Below the pieces are notes generated by a model that saw only the letters and a list, made by a program, of their open reading frames with translations, was not told where the DNA came from and ran no database searches. DNA of 63,432 nt, from NCBI GenBank assembly GCA_034436295.1, contig DAOTVT010000123.1:1-63432 (forward strand), written 5' to 3'. Position 1 is the stretch's first letter; each line of letters starts with the position of its first letter. The stretch comes from Anaerolineae bacterium (GTDB taxonomy: Bacteria; Chloroflexota; Anaerolineae; DTLA01). The position numbers and the translations under genes are program-made. Below, piece by piece: positions 39,008 through 48,090 of the stretch.

Positions 39008-40240
39008 CTATTTGGGCAGGAGCACTTCCGCTCCCTTTTCCTTGACCCAGTCGGTGAACTCTTTGTTGTTCAGCCGCACGCGCACCTTCTCAATCTCGCC
39101 CCACTTCGGAATCTTGCGCCACACGACATCGGGAATCTTGTCCTCAATGTCGGTGCCGGTGTACTGCCACATCTCCGTGATGAGGCGGATCTGCTGGTCG
39201 TCCGACAGCAGGTAGTTGATGACCTTCATGGCCACCGTCTTGTAGGCGTCGGGGATGTTGTCCGGGATGGCCAGGTAGCCGTCGGAGCCGGCGGGCATGC
39301 CGTCGCTGAGGGAGCCGGCAGCCAGCGTGGGCGGCATCGTGCCTTGGCTGATGGACCACAGCGAGTAGTCCATGGCGTAGCACGCGATCCAGGTGTCGCC
39401 GGCGTTGAAGTCCTCAAACATGTTGGTGGGCTCGGCGGCGATCTTGCAATACTTGAGGAAGTCCTTCAACTTGGCGATGGCATCCTGGTACTCCGGCTTC
39501 TTCTCCAATTCGGCCAGCGGGATTGGGCTGCCGTCGGGGTTCGTCAGCGGCACGAAGGCGTTGACGAAGGCGTAGGGCAGGCTGCGGCCCGAACCGGACT
39601 TGGAGTCGGGGCGCATCCACCCGATGTGGCCCTTCCATTCCGCGCGCCGCTCGTAGAATTCCTTCCACGACTTGGGCGGGTTCTTCACGTACTCGGTGTT
39701 GTAGATGAGGGTGTACTGGCTGCGCCAGTAGAGCGCGCCCGTCCCCTTGATGTCCACGCCCTGCGCCGTCTTCAGGTACTCCTCCGGGCACTTGGCCAGG
39801 TTCGGGATCGCGTCCAGCCGGTCGGGGTACAACTTCACCAGCGGGATGTTGCTCTTGATGAGGTTGGCCAGGTCGTCCGGCTTCATGAACAGCAGGTGGA
39901 TGTCGCCCTTGCCTGCCTCCCAGGCCTTCATGCGCTCGGCAACCTCGCTACCCTTGGACACCACGTAGTTGATCTTGATGCCGAGTTGCTCTTGCACGGC
40001 CGGGAGTATGCGCTTCTGCCAATACAACTGGAAGTTGGCGCCGGAGTTGGTGTCCACGACGGTGATTTCGGTGGGCAGCGGTGGCGGCGGCGTCGCGGTT
40101 ACGGGCACGATGACCGTTTCCTTGACGGGCACCGGAACGGTCTCCTTGACGACCACCGGCGTGGGCGTCGGCCCACAGGCCGGAAGCACGGCCGCAGCGA
40201 CCAGCAACAGGGTTACAACCGCAAACAGTGTCTTACGCAT
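39008..40240 (-). CDS. ABC transporter substrate-binding lipoprotein
   Basis: Signal peptide with lipobox (LPAC). Size and position at the head of the transporter genes. Confidence 0.8.
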   Translation of the reverse strand: MRKTLFAVVTLLLVAAAVLPACGPTPTPVVVKETVPVPVKETVIVPVTATPPPPLPTEITVVDTNSGANFQLYWQKRILPAVQEQLGIKINYVVSKGSEVAERMKAWEAGKGDIHLLFMKPDDLANLIKSNIPLVKLYPDRLDAIPNLAKCPEEYLKTAQGVDIKGTGALYWRSQYTLIYNTEYVKNPPKSWKEFYERRAEWKGHIGWMRPDSKSGSGRSLPYAFVNAFVPLTNPDGSPIPLAELEKKPEYQDAIAKLKDFLKYCKIAAEPTNMFEDFNAGDTWIACYAMDYSLWSISQGTMPPTLAAGSLSDGMPAGSDGYLAIPDNIPDAYKTVAMKVINYLLSDDQQIRLITEMWQYTGTDIEDKIPDVVWRKIPKWGEIEKVRVRLNNKEFTDWVKEKGAEVLLPK

Positions 40241-40348
40241 GGCTCTCCTCCCCTTTCATGCTTTGCTTGCGAATGGTTACGCCAATACGGACTCCGCTAG
40301 CGATACGCTATTCTTGTCTCCGGCTTATCACCTCCTTTCGGCGCCCCG

Positions 40349-41332
40349 TCAGGCTTCCAGCGGCAGGCGAACGGGCTTGCCCGACCTGGCGCTGCGATAC
40401 ATCGCCTCGGCCAGTTCTACCGCCCGATAGCCATCCAGGGCGCTCACTGGCGGGAAACCTTCTCCCATGAGGGCGTCCACAAACAGCCTGTCTTCCTCAA
40501 CATAGCCCCACTTTTCGGCAGCGGACAGTTGGAAGCAGTCGTAGGTGATGATCTGCTGGCCCAGCCCGGGGCTATAGGTTACCTTCTCCATCTCCTCGGT
40601 TACGATGGACGAATGCTCGCCATAGAGTTCTATGCGCTCAAACGGGAAGGCCCAGGAACTGTGCGCGCACGACGAGAACACGGCGTGGTGCCCGCTCTCA
40701 AAGGTCAGGATGGCCGAGAAATCGTCCAGTTCCTTGTACACATTGGCCTCGGCGCGGCAGTACACTTCTACCACTTCGCCCATCAGCCAGCGGATCATGT
40801 CCAGCAGGTGGATGGTGGATTCGTACAGGAAGCCGCCGGTGAGGGCCGTGTTGCCGACCCAGGGCGGGTTGAGCAACTCGCCGCGATTCATCTTGATGTT
40901 CGCGGAGAGCGGCGCGAACCCCTGTGCGATGCGATCCTTGGCGAATTTGTACACGGGAGCAAACCGCCGATTGAAGCCGATCTGATAGATAAGCCCTGTG
41001 CGTTCCACGGTCTCCAGAATCTGCCGGGCTTCGCCCAGGTCGGTGGCCATGGGCTTCTCGCTGAAGACGTGGATTCCCCGCTCCAGCGCCGCCAGGACGG
41101 GTTCCAGGTGCAGCGCGTTGGGCGTCGTAACGTACACCGCATCGGGCTTCTGCGCGAAGATTTCTTCCAGCGAGGTGCAGGCTTGGCATTGGTACTCCGC
41201 GGCGGCCAACTCGGCGCTGGCGGGGACGATGTCGCCGATGGCGACGATCTGTACCCTCTCGTCCTGGCGCAGGTTCTGGGCGTGAACCCGGCCCATGTGG
41301 CCTGCTCCGATGATGGCGATCCGAACGGTCAT
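40349..41332 (-). CDS. Gfo/Idh/MocA family oxidoreductase
   Basis: VRIAIIGAGHMGRVH Rossmann N-terminus, EKP motif (FSEKPMA). Confidence 0.9.
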   Translation of the reverse strand: MTVRIAIIGAGHMGRVHAQNLRQDERVQIVAIGDIVPASAELAAAEYQCQACTSLEEIFAQKPDAVYVTTPNALHLEPVLAALERGIHVFSEKPMATDLGEARQILETVERTGLIYQIGFNRRFAPVYKFAKDRIAQGFAPLSANIKMNRGELLNPPWVGNTALTGGFLYESTIHLLDMIRWLMGEVVEVYCRAEANVYKELDDFSAILTFESGHHAVFSSCAHSSWAFPFERIELYGEHSSIVTEEMEKVTYSPGLGQQIITYDCFQLSAAEKWGYVEEDRLFVDALMGEGFPPVSALDGYRAVELAEAMYRSARSGKPVRLPLEA

Positions 41333-41366
41333 TCTGGCGTCTCCTCCGGGTGATGCGGTGGCGTGT

Positions 41367-42200
41367 TCACTGAACGCGAAAGCCGGCCCTCGTGAGCAGG
41401 GCTACAGTCTTGGCGCGAGCGTCGGCGGCGAGTTCGTGGGCGGGCCTTTTCCAGTACGCCGGCCTGAAGAGTTCTATGGAGCACAGGCCGTCAAAGCCAA
41501 TTATACGCAGGTTGTTCAGGATATCAAGCAGCGGAATCACGCCTTCCCCGGGCAGCAGGCGGTGGGCGTCGGTCAGCGCGGCGCGAGGTTTGTCCTCCGC
41601 GTCGTTGATGTGGAAGATGTAAATCTTGTCCGGCGCGACCTGCAGGATGGAGTCCAGCGTGGAGCCGCCGGCGTAGAAGTGGAACGTGTCCAGCACCAGG
41701 CCCACGTTCGGCAGATTGGCCTCGCGGACGATTTCCCAACACTGGGCGAGCGTGGAGACGGAACAATCGGCCTGGCCCAGGAACTCGTAGGCGAGTTTGA
41801 CGTGGTGCGCCGCGGCGATCTGCGCCAGGTCGCCCAGGACGCGGATGGACTCGCGCTTGATGTCGTCCCACGTGGCGCCGGGGGGCGTGGGGCTTGGCAC
41901 GACCACGATCTTGTCGCAGCCGATGGCCTCCGCGATTTGGCTGTAGCGGCGGCACTGTTCGCGGATTTCCTGAAACCCGTCGCCCTTGAACGTGATGTGC
42001 TCAATGGAGTTGATGCTGACGGGCTGTATCCCGTTGGCCGCGAACAGCGCGCGCAGGTCATCGGGCGTGTGGCTTTGCAGGTAGTGGTTCATCTTGCCGG
42101 CCCAGATTTCCAGCGCCTTGAACCCCGCGCTGCTGGCCGCGGCGATGTCTCCTTCCAGCGTTGCTTTCATCGTCGTGGCGCCGTTGAAGCCCAGAAGCAT
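41367..42200 (-). CDS. Sugar phosphate isomerase/epimerase (xylose isomerase-like TIM barrel)
   Basis: Trimmed to the ATG at 42200 (GGAGG upstream). Typical ...HINDAE... and E-containing barrel motifs. Confidence 0.85.
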   Translation of the reverse strand: MLLGFNGATTMKATLEGDIAAASSAGFKALEIWAGKMNHYLQSHTPDDLRALFAANGIQPVSINSIEHITFKGDGFQEIREQCRRYSQIAEAIGCDKIVVVPSPTPPGATWDDIKRESIRVLGDLAQIAAAHHVKLAYEFLGQADCSVSTLAQCWEIVREANLPNVGLVLDTFHFYAGGSTLDSILQVAPDKIYIFHINDAEDKPRAALTDAHRLLPGEGVIPLLDILNNLRIIGFDGLCSIELFRPAYWKRPAHELAADARAKTVALLTRAGFRVQ

Positions 42201-42225
42201 ACGAGCCTCCAAAAGGATGTATGGG

Positions 42226-43035
42226 TTACGCGAAGTGTTGCTGCAAGTACTCGCGCGAATGTCGCAAGTACTCGCCGAGTTGCTCCCGCCAGCCTTCGCC
42301 CTTGACCGGCGTGAACGGGTCGGGGCCGGAAGCGGTGCACTCCACGATGATGTCGCCGGTGTAGCCGATGCGCTTGAGCGCGGCGGCCAGCGCGGGGAAG
42401 TCCGTGTGCCCCAGCCCCAGGCCCGCGCGGTTGGAATCGGCCACGTGGAACAGGAACAGCCGCCCGTCGGCGTGCTCAACGGCCTGCGCTGGGTTCGGCT
42501 CCTCAATGTTCATGTGGTAGGCGTCCAGCAGGATGCCGACGGATGGGTGCGCCACCGCCTGCACGAATTCCACCGCCTGCGCCGCGGTGTTCAGGAGGTG
42601 GCTTTCGTAGCGGTTGAGCACCTCCATGGCGATGCGCACGCCCGCTTCGGCGGCATGCGGGGCCAGCGCGGCCACGCCCCCCAGCAGGTAGCCGTACTCT
42701 TCGGCCTGCGACGCGACGGCGCGAACGCGGCCCACTGCGCCATGGCACGACACGATGGGGCAGCCGATGTCGTGCGCGAAGTCAATCAGGCGGCGGTAAT
42801 AGTCCAGGGCGCTTCGGCGGATTGCGGCGTCGGGGTGCGCCAAATCCACGTTCTCGGGCGTCAGCGACAGCACCGCGAGGCCGGTTTGGCGGCAGATGGC
42901 GCGGATGGCATCCGGACGATGGGCTTGCAGGTCGCCCATCAGTTCCAGCCCGTCATAGCCGATGCGGGCGACCGTATCGGCGATTCGGTCAAGGGGCATG
43001 TCGCCGAATATCCAGGTGCAGACGCCGAATCTCAC
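42226..43035 (-). CDS. Sugar phosphate isomerase/epimerase (xylose isomerase-like TIM barrel)
   Basis: GTG start with AAGGAGG 6 nt upstream. ...LLDAYHMNIEE... and ..HVADSNR.. motifs. Confidence 0.85.
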   Translation of the reverse strand: MRFGVCTWIFGDMPLDRIADTVARIGYDGLELMGDLQAHRPDAIRAICRQTGLAVLSLTPENVDLAHPDAAIRRSALDYYRRLIDFAHDIGCPIVSCHGAVGRVRAVASQAEEYGYLLGGVAALAPHAAEAGVRIAMEVLNRYESHLLNTAAQAVEFVQAVAHPSVGILLDAYHMNIEEPNPAQAVEHADGRLFLFHVADSNRAGLGLGHTDFPALAAALKRIGYTGDIIVECTASGPDPFTPVKGEGWREQLGEYLRHSREYLQQHFA

Positions 43036-43069
43036 GGGTGGCCTCCTTGCCAGGGTGGTTGTGCCAGAT

Positions 43070-44071
43070 TCACTTGGGCGCGCTGGTGGACTCGCGCACT
43101 ACCAGGGTTGGCTCAATCGTAACGTCCTGCACGTCGTCGGCGCCGTTCAGCAGGCGCAAGAGCATCTCCATCGCCATGCAGCCCATGTCGTACTTGCGCT
43201 GGCGAATCGTCGTGAGCGGAGGGTCCAGGTACTCCACGATGGGGATGTCGTCGTAGCCCACGACGGAGATGTCGTCGGGAACGCGTAGGCCCATCCGCTT
43301 GAGCGCGCGGATGGTCCCGATGGCGGTCATGTCGTTGTAGCAGAAGATGGCGGTGGGGTGCGCTCCCTGGGACAGCAGGCGGGTGGTTGCTTCCATGGCC
43401 GCTGCGGGTCTCCCGTCGCCGTCGGCCAGCAGCGCCGGGTCAAGGGCGATGCCGTGGGATTCCAGGGCCATGCGGTACCCGTTCATTCGCGCCTGGCTTG
43501 AGTTGACGTTGTTGGGCGACGCGATGTAGGCGATGCGGGTGTGGCCCAGCGACAGGAGGTGCTCGGTGGCGATCTGCCCGCCGCGCAGGTCGTCCGTCCC
43601 GATGGAGTACACGTACTTGCCGGTCTGCTGATTGTTGATGAGGACGATGGGCACGCCGAAGTCCTCCAGGAGCGGCAGGTACAGGTCGCCGACGCGCGAG
43701 GCGGTTACGATGATGCCGTCCACGCGCTTCTCGCGCAGCGCCTTCACCGCGGCGAGTTCGCGGCGCGGCTCGGCGTTGGAATTGCACAGGATGATGGTGT
43801 AGCCGTGATTCTGTCCGGTCTCCTCCAGGCCGCGCACGATTTCAGAGACGAATGGGTCGGCGATGGTGGTAACGACGACGCCGACGGTCTGCGTTCGGCG
43901 GGTTACCAGGCTTCTGGCCAGGGCGTGGGGGCTGTAGCCCATCTCCTTGGCCAGTTGCTTGATGCGCTCGCGCGTTTCTTCCTTGACCAGGGGACTCTCG
44001 GCCAAGGCTCTGGAGACGGTGGAGTGAGATACGCCGGCGGCTCTGGCAATGTCCTTTATGGAGACACCCAT
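43070..44071 (-). CDS. LacI-family transcriptional regulator
   Basis: N-terminal HTH IKDIARAAGVSHSTVSRAL, periplasmic-binding-fold C-terminus. Trimmed to the ATG at 44071. Confidence 0.9.
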   Translation of the reverse strand: MGVSIKDIARAAGVSHSTVSRALAESPLVKEETRERIKQLAKEMGYSPHALARSLVTRRTQTVGVVVTTIADPFVSEIVRGLEETGQNHGYTIILCNSNAEPRRELAAVKALREKRVDGIIVTASRVGDLYLPLLEDFGVPIVLINNQQTGKYVYSIGTDDLRGGQIATEHLLSLGHTRIAYIASPNNVNSSQARMNGYRMALESHGIALDPALLADGDGRPAAAMEATTRLLSQGAHPTAIFCYNDMTAIGTIRALKRMGLRVPDDISVVGYDDIPIVEYLDPPLTTIRQRKYDMGCMAMEMLLRLLNGADDVQDVTIEPTLVVRESTSAPK

Positions 44072-44102
44072 CGCAACCCTCCGAACTCGCGCGTGGCAGG
44101 GG

Positions 44103-44116
44103 CGCACACGTTTGCA
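44103..44116. promoter_or_regulatory. LacI/GalR-type operator-like near-palindrome CGCACACGTTTGCA
   Basis: Fits the TGNAANCGNTTNCA-type pattern. Sits at about +1 to +15 of promoter 44122..44150. Confidence 0.5.
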
Positions 44117-44121
44117 GCAAT

Positions 44122-44150
44122 ATTATAGCATCTCTGGGCGCGCTTGTCAA
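44122..44150 (-). promoter_or_regulatory. Consensus promoter TTGACA-17-TATAAT for the lacI-family gene and downstream genes
   Basis: Perfect hexamers. An operator follows 5 nt downstream. Confidence 0.6.
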
Positions 44151-44218
44151 TCCGCGCCACTTCTTGGCGGGCTAGGGGACGGCGCGTGCCCGCCCGACGC
44201 TGAAGCATCGGGCTGAGC

Positions 44219-44486
44219 GTAGGGGCGACCCGCGGGTCGCCCCTACGCGGTGCGCCTCCCCGCACGGTGATGCCGACCTCACCCCCTCGTTCCCCCTCGC
44301 CGCGCGCGGAGAGGGGGATGCCGAAGGCCGGGGGCGAGGTGTGTGGCCCTGCGGGCTGGGGCAAATTCGCGTTCATTCGCGTGCATTCGCGGTTCCTTGT
44401 CGCCCGACACCGAAGCGCCGGGCTAAACGCGCAAAGCCCTGTGGGGGCCGGTTTGCTCGTAGGGGCGACCCGTGGGTCGCCCCTAC
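44219..44486. repeat. Composite element: inverted family-A copy (44270..44399) bracketed by two copies of the 28-bp GTAGGGGCGACC palindrome
   Basis: Palindromes at 44219..44246 and 44459..44486 differ only in the loop (CGCG versus CGTG). Confidence 0.8.
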
Positions 44487-44614
44487 AATTTCTTCCGCCG
44501 CGGCAGAGGGAACGCCCCGCGTGCGGACGTGCTTTTCGTGGCTTTCGTGTCCTTCGCGATCCAAATGCCCCTCAGCGCGGGGGTTTAGCCCCGCGCATCC
44601 CCCCGCCGACCCCG

Positions 44615-46174
44615 CTACCCGTATGCCTCAAAGTGGCGGGCGAAATGCTGCTCCAGAGCGCGGTAGTACGGCTCCTCGTGCGCCAGCAACATCGCCACCA
44701 GCCGGTCGCGGAAGCGGTATTCGCCCCCCTCCCTGTGCGTCATCACCGAGCCGAACGTAACATGGAGCACCTGGCGGGCGTCGGGCTGGTCCAGCAGGCC
44801 TGGCAACTGCCCATCCGCAAGCGCGTCGGGGTCGGGCACGTTGTGCAGCGCAGGCGACATGGCGTAGGTGGCCCGGTCGTGCTCAAAGCGCCCCTTCGCA
44901 AACCCCAGAATCTCGCGGAACAGGTCGGGGTCCTTGTGCGCCGCCACTCGCAGGGCTTCCAGATAACTGGTGCCGGCGGTTTTCACGTGCAGAAGCCCCT
45001 CCGTGTGGCGGGCCGCGATGCCGTAGATGCTGAACTTGTCCGAGCCGGAATGGATGCTGATCTTGTAGGGGCCGACGCGACGGGCAATGGCCACGTGCGC
45101 CGCGAAGGACCGCTCAAACTCCTTGAGGTCGCCGATGTAGTCAATCCCCTTCTGAAAACTCCCGACGAACCGCGGGGCCAGACTCACCCACTCCACGCCC
45201 AGGCGCTGAAGTTCCTGCGCGATGAAGAAATGCTCCTCGGGCGTCGTCGGGGCCTCGGTCTCGTCCACCGACATCTCCAGTTCAAAGGGGCGCGGCGACA
45301 CGCAATCGCGCACGTGCTCGTACAGCGATGCCGTGTGGGCGATGGCCCGCCCGTACTTGACGACCGCGCGCGCCAGCCGCTCGTCGTCAAATTCCACCAC
45401 GACGCCCGCCTCTATGCGCCAGGACTTGCCCGAGTAGCGCCCCTCCAGCGCGCGCCACGACGTGCGTAGAGCGCCCCACGGCGCCTGCTCCAGCCGTTCC
45501 CGCAGCGCGGGGACGTCCGCCACATCGGCCTGATTGTCCACGTGATCGCCCGGGTCCACGGTGAACATCGTGTACCCTGCCGCCGCGCAAGCCTCCACAT
45601 CCTCGGGCGTCTTCAGATGATCCGCGTCGGACCCGAAAACGCCGTCCCAGCCCGCCTGGAACACGCCCCAGATGGCGTCGTCCATCACCCCTTGCGGCGT
45701 GCGCTCGGTGCGGGCCATCTCGCGGATGGACTGCTGCGCGAAGAACGGCACCAGGCCGCTCCGCCGGGCCGCCCGCACGTGCCCGGGCGTCGCCACGCCG
45801 ATGCGGTCGCCGAACCCGAACGAGCCGCGCAGCCCCACCGGGCGCGGCGACAGGAAAGGCAGATGCCGCTGCAAGACCTTCAGGTTGTCGCGAGAAAGGG
45901 GGCCTGTGGTCAGATACAGCGCGTGCCCGCCCCAGTCAATCGGACGGATGTCCCCCGCCATCTCCCGCCCCGGCTCCGTGCGCAGCCAGGCCAGCCGCTT
46001 GCCCCCGCCGCCGCGCCACAGGAAGAACAGGCCGTCCGGCGAGGCCGCGATGGACCGCGCGTACACGTCGCCCCCGACGAGAAGGCCCAGCCTTTCCGCC
46101 AGGCCGGCGCGGTAGTCGTCCTGCACGTAGCCTGCCGCGGGCGCCTTGAGCAGCCGAATCAGCAGTTCCTCCAT
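44615..46174 (-). CDS. Tagaturonate/fructuronate epimerase (UxaE) family protein
   Basis: SFGFGDRIGVATPGH...FAQQSIRE..RT...GSDADHLK...VDETE...SIHSGSDKFS...HVKTAGTSYLEA agree with my memory of UxaE. Confidence 0.7.
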   Translation of the reverse strand: MEELLIRLLKAPAAGYVQDDYRAGLAERLGLLVGGDVYARSIAASPDGLFFLWRGGGGKRLAWLRTEPGREMAGDIRPIDWGGHALYLTTGPLSRDNLKVLQRHLPFLSPRPVGLRGSFGFGDRIGVATPGHVRAARRSGLVPFFAQQSIREMARTERTPQGVMDDAIWGVFQAGWDGVFGSDADHLKTPEDVEACAAAGYTMFTVDPGDHVDNQADVADVPALRERLEQAPWGALRTSWRALEGRYSGKSWRIEAGVVVEFDDERLARAVVKYGRAIAHTASLYEHVRDCVSPRPFELEMSVDETEAPTTPEEHFFIAQELQRLGVEWVSLAPRFVGSFQKGIDYIGDLKEFERSFAAHVAIARRVGPYKISIHSGSDKFSIYGIAARHTEGLLHVKTAGTSYLEALRVAAHKDPDLFREILGFAKGRFEHDRATYAMSPALHNVPDPDALADGQLPGLLDQPDARQVLHVTFGSVMTHREGGEYRFRDRLVAMLLAHEEPYYRALEQHFARHFEAYG

Positions 46175-46189
46175 GTCCGCCTCCCCGCC

Positions 46190-46999
46190 CTACAGTCCCC
46201 AGGAGCGCATCGCCTTGATGGCCTCGGCGGCGCAGGTGTCCCCATCGGGCATGGGCATCGCCTCCACCGAGATGTAGCCGTCGTACCCCACGTCGCGCAG
46301 CGTCGCCATGATGGCCGGAAAGTCCAGGTGGCCCGCCCCCGGATACCAGCGGTTGGAGTCGGCCACGTGGAAGTGGAACAGTCGGGGCGCAGCCGCGCGG
46401 ATGCTCCTGTGGATGTCGGGCTCCTCAATGTTCATGTGGAACGTATCCAGGAGCAGGCCGAGATTGGGCATCCCGACTTGCTCCAGCAGGGCCAGGCCGT
46501 CGGCGGCGGTATTCACAAGCGTGGTCTCGTAGCGGTTGATCGGCTCCACCGCAATCCTCACGCCGGCAGCAAGGGCCGACTCCGCGCACTCGCGCAGGGC
46601 CTCGGTCATCCAGGCCCACGCCTGCGCGTGCGCCACGCCCGGCCTCACGATGCCCCGCAGGAGGCCGATGATGATGACCGCGCCGAACCTGGCCGCCACC
46701 GGCACGTGGCTCTTCACCCGCTCCACGGCAGCCCGCCGCACCCGGGCATCGGGGTCAGTGAACGACAGGCCCTCCTCGCCCCAAGCCTGGCCCGTGCCGA
46801 TGGCCGGTACTTCCAGGCCGTACTTGCGGAGCAGGTCGGCGAGGGCCTCCGCGTCCACGGCGCGCGGGTCGCGGATGGCCAGTTCGGCGCCGTCGTAGCC
46901 CAGCGATGCGACGCGCGCCAGGTTGGCCTCCAGATTGCCCTTGAACGCGACCGCGTTGAATTGCGCCGCGTGGGTTGAAACGACGATGGCCTTCTTCAT
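46190..46999 (-). CDS. Sugar phosphate isomerase/epimerase (xylose isomerase-like TIM barrel)
   Basis: Trimmed to the ATG at 46999 (GGAGGG upstream). LLDTFHMNIEE and HVADSNR motifs, paralogous to 42226..43035. Confidence 0.85.
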   Translation of the reverse strand: MKKAIVVSTHAAQFNAVAFKGNLEANLARVASLGYDGAELAIRDPRAVDAEALADLLRKYGLEVPAIGTGQAWGEEGLSFTDPDARVRRAAVERVKSHVPVAARFGAVIIIGLLRGIVRPGVAHAQAWAWMTEALRECAESALAAGVRIAVEPINRYETTLVNTAADGLALLEQVGMPNLGLLLDTFHMNIEEPDIHRSIRAAAPRLFHFHVADSNRWYPGAGHLDFPAIMATLRDVGYDGYISVEAMPMPDGDTCAAEAIKAMRSWGL

Positions 47000-47026
47000 A
47001 GCCCTCCTCGCGGGTGCGCGCCCTGC

Positions 47027-47059
47027 GACAAAAGACGAGGCCGGCGATGGCCGGCCTCG
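47027..47059 (-). terminator. Intra-cluster terminator-like hairpin after the creatininase-family gene
   Basis: 10-bp stem CGAGGCCGGC/GCCGGCCTCG with a 4-nt loop, followed by TCTTTTGT on the minus strand. Confidence 0.5.
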
Positions 47060-47072
47060 CGTTGCCGGGTCG

Positions 47073-48059
47073 CTAGGCCGGCGGATAGCCCAGCGCGTAG
47101 ATGCTGCAACCGCCTTCGGCCAGCGGGCCTTTGATGGCGGCTTCAATCTCGTCGCGCCGCCGCTGCGTAATCTGGTCAATCGGCGGCAGCACCCCTGCGG
47201 GGAATCGCTCCATGATGTCGTTCACCAACTCCACCATGTAGTCCAGCAGCGCCTCCACGCCGGGCTTGGCCTTGTTCGGATCGGCCAGGCTGGCCTTGCC
47301 CACCACGCCGGGCTTGTAGGCCGCCACCTCAATCGGCCCCAGCCCTACCTGCCCGTACCAGGCGATGGGCCTGTGGAGCAGGTTGCCGGCCTTGTCCACG
47401 TGCTTGGCCATCTTGTCGCCCAGGAAACTCGTGGGCTGCGTGTCCACCACGGCGCTCATGTCAATCAACTCGGGGAACAGCACCAGCGACCACGAGGTCT
47501 CCACTTCGTCCGCATGGATGAAGTTGGTCTCGTAGGGGCCACCCTCGGCCTTCGTCTTGAAGTGGTCAGGGATCGCGTGGTACCAGTTCAGGTTGACGAA
47601 GACCCCAGGCACCTGGTACGTCTTGGCGAACTGGTGGATAGCCGTGGGGATGACGTATTCCTGACCGTGGCCGTTGAGCAGAATCTGCTTGCGAAAGCCC
47701 ATGTTCCACAGCCCGGCCATCACCGCCTTCAGTTGGCCCACGAAGATCTCCTCGGGGACGATGATGGTTCCGGGCATGCCCATGTGATGATACGGGTGCG
47801 AGCCGTACCAGATCGGCTGGGCCACGGTGCAGCCCGTCCGAAGGGCGACGGCCTCGGCCATGCGGGTAACCAGGAACGTGTCCTCGCCCAGGCAGGCGTG
47901 CGGGCCGTGCGCCTCGGTGGAGCCGACGGGAACGATGATGAGGTCGTTCTTCTTCAGGCGCTCCTCAATCTGCTTCCAGGTCATGTTCTGCAAATAGACT
48001 TGCGTGGGCAGATCCATGTGCCCACCCTTGGGGGGCAGTTCCCATTTCTGCTTGCTCAT
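47073..48059 (-). CDS. Creatininase (creatinine amidohydrolase) family protein
   Basis: IIVPVGSTEAHGPH motif. Trimmed to the ATG at 48059 (AAGGAG upstream). Confidence 0.8.
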   Translation of the reverse strand: MSKQKWELPPKGGHMDLPTQVYLQNMTWKQIEERLKKNDLIIVPVGSTEAHGPHACLGEDTFLVTRMAEAVALRTGCTVAQPIWYGSHPYHHMGMPGTIIVPEEIFVGQLKAVMAGLWNMGFRKQILLNGHGQEYVIPTAIHQFAKTYQVPGVFVNLNWYHAIPDHFKTKAEGGPYETNFIHADEVETSWSLVLFPELIDMSAVVDTQPTSFLGDKMAKHVDKAGNLLHRPIAWYGQVGLGPIEVAAYKPGVVGKASLADPNKAKPGVEALLDYMVELVNDIMERFPAGVLPPIDQITQRRRDEIEAAIKGPLAEGGCSIYALGYPPA

Positions 48060-48090
48060 TTCCGGTCTCCTTGCTCTGTGGGTTTTCCAA

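Noticed and set aside
40298-40310. Small palindrome TAGCG-ATA-CGCTA in the spacer before the substrate-binding protein gene, considered as a second operator.
   Set aside because: The arms are only 5 bp, it bears no resemblance to the LacI-type sites at 44103 and 51149, and there is no adjacent promoter. It could occur by chance.
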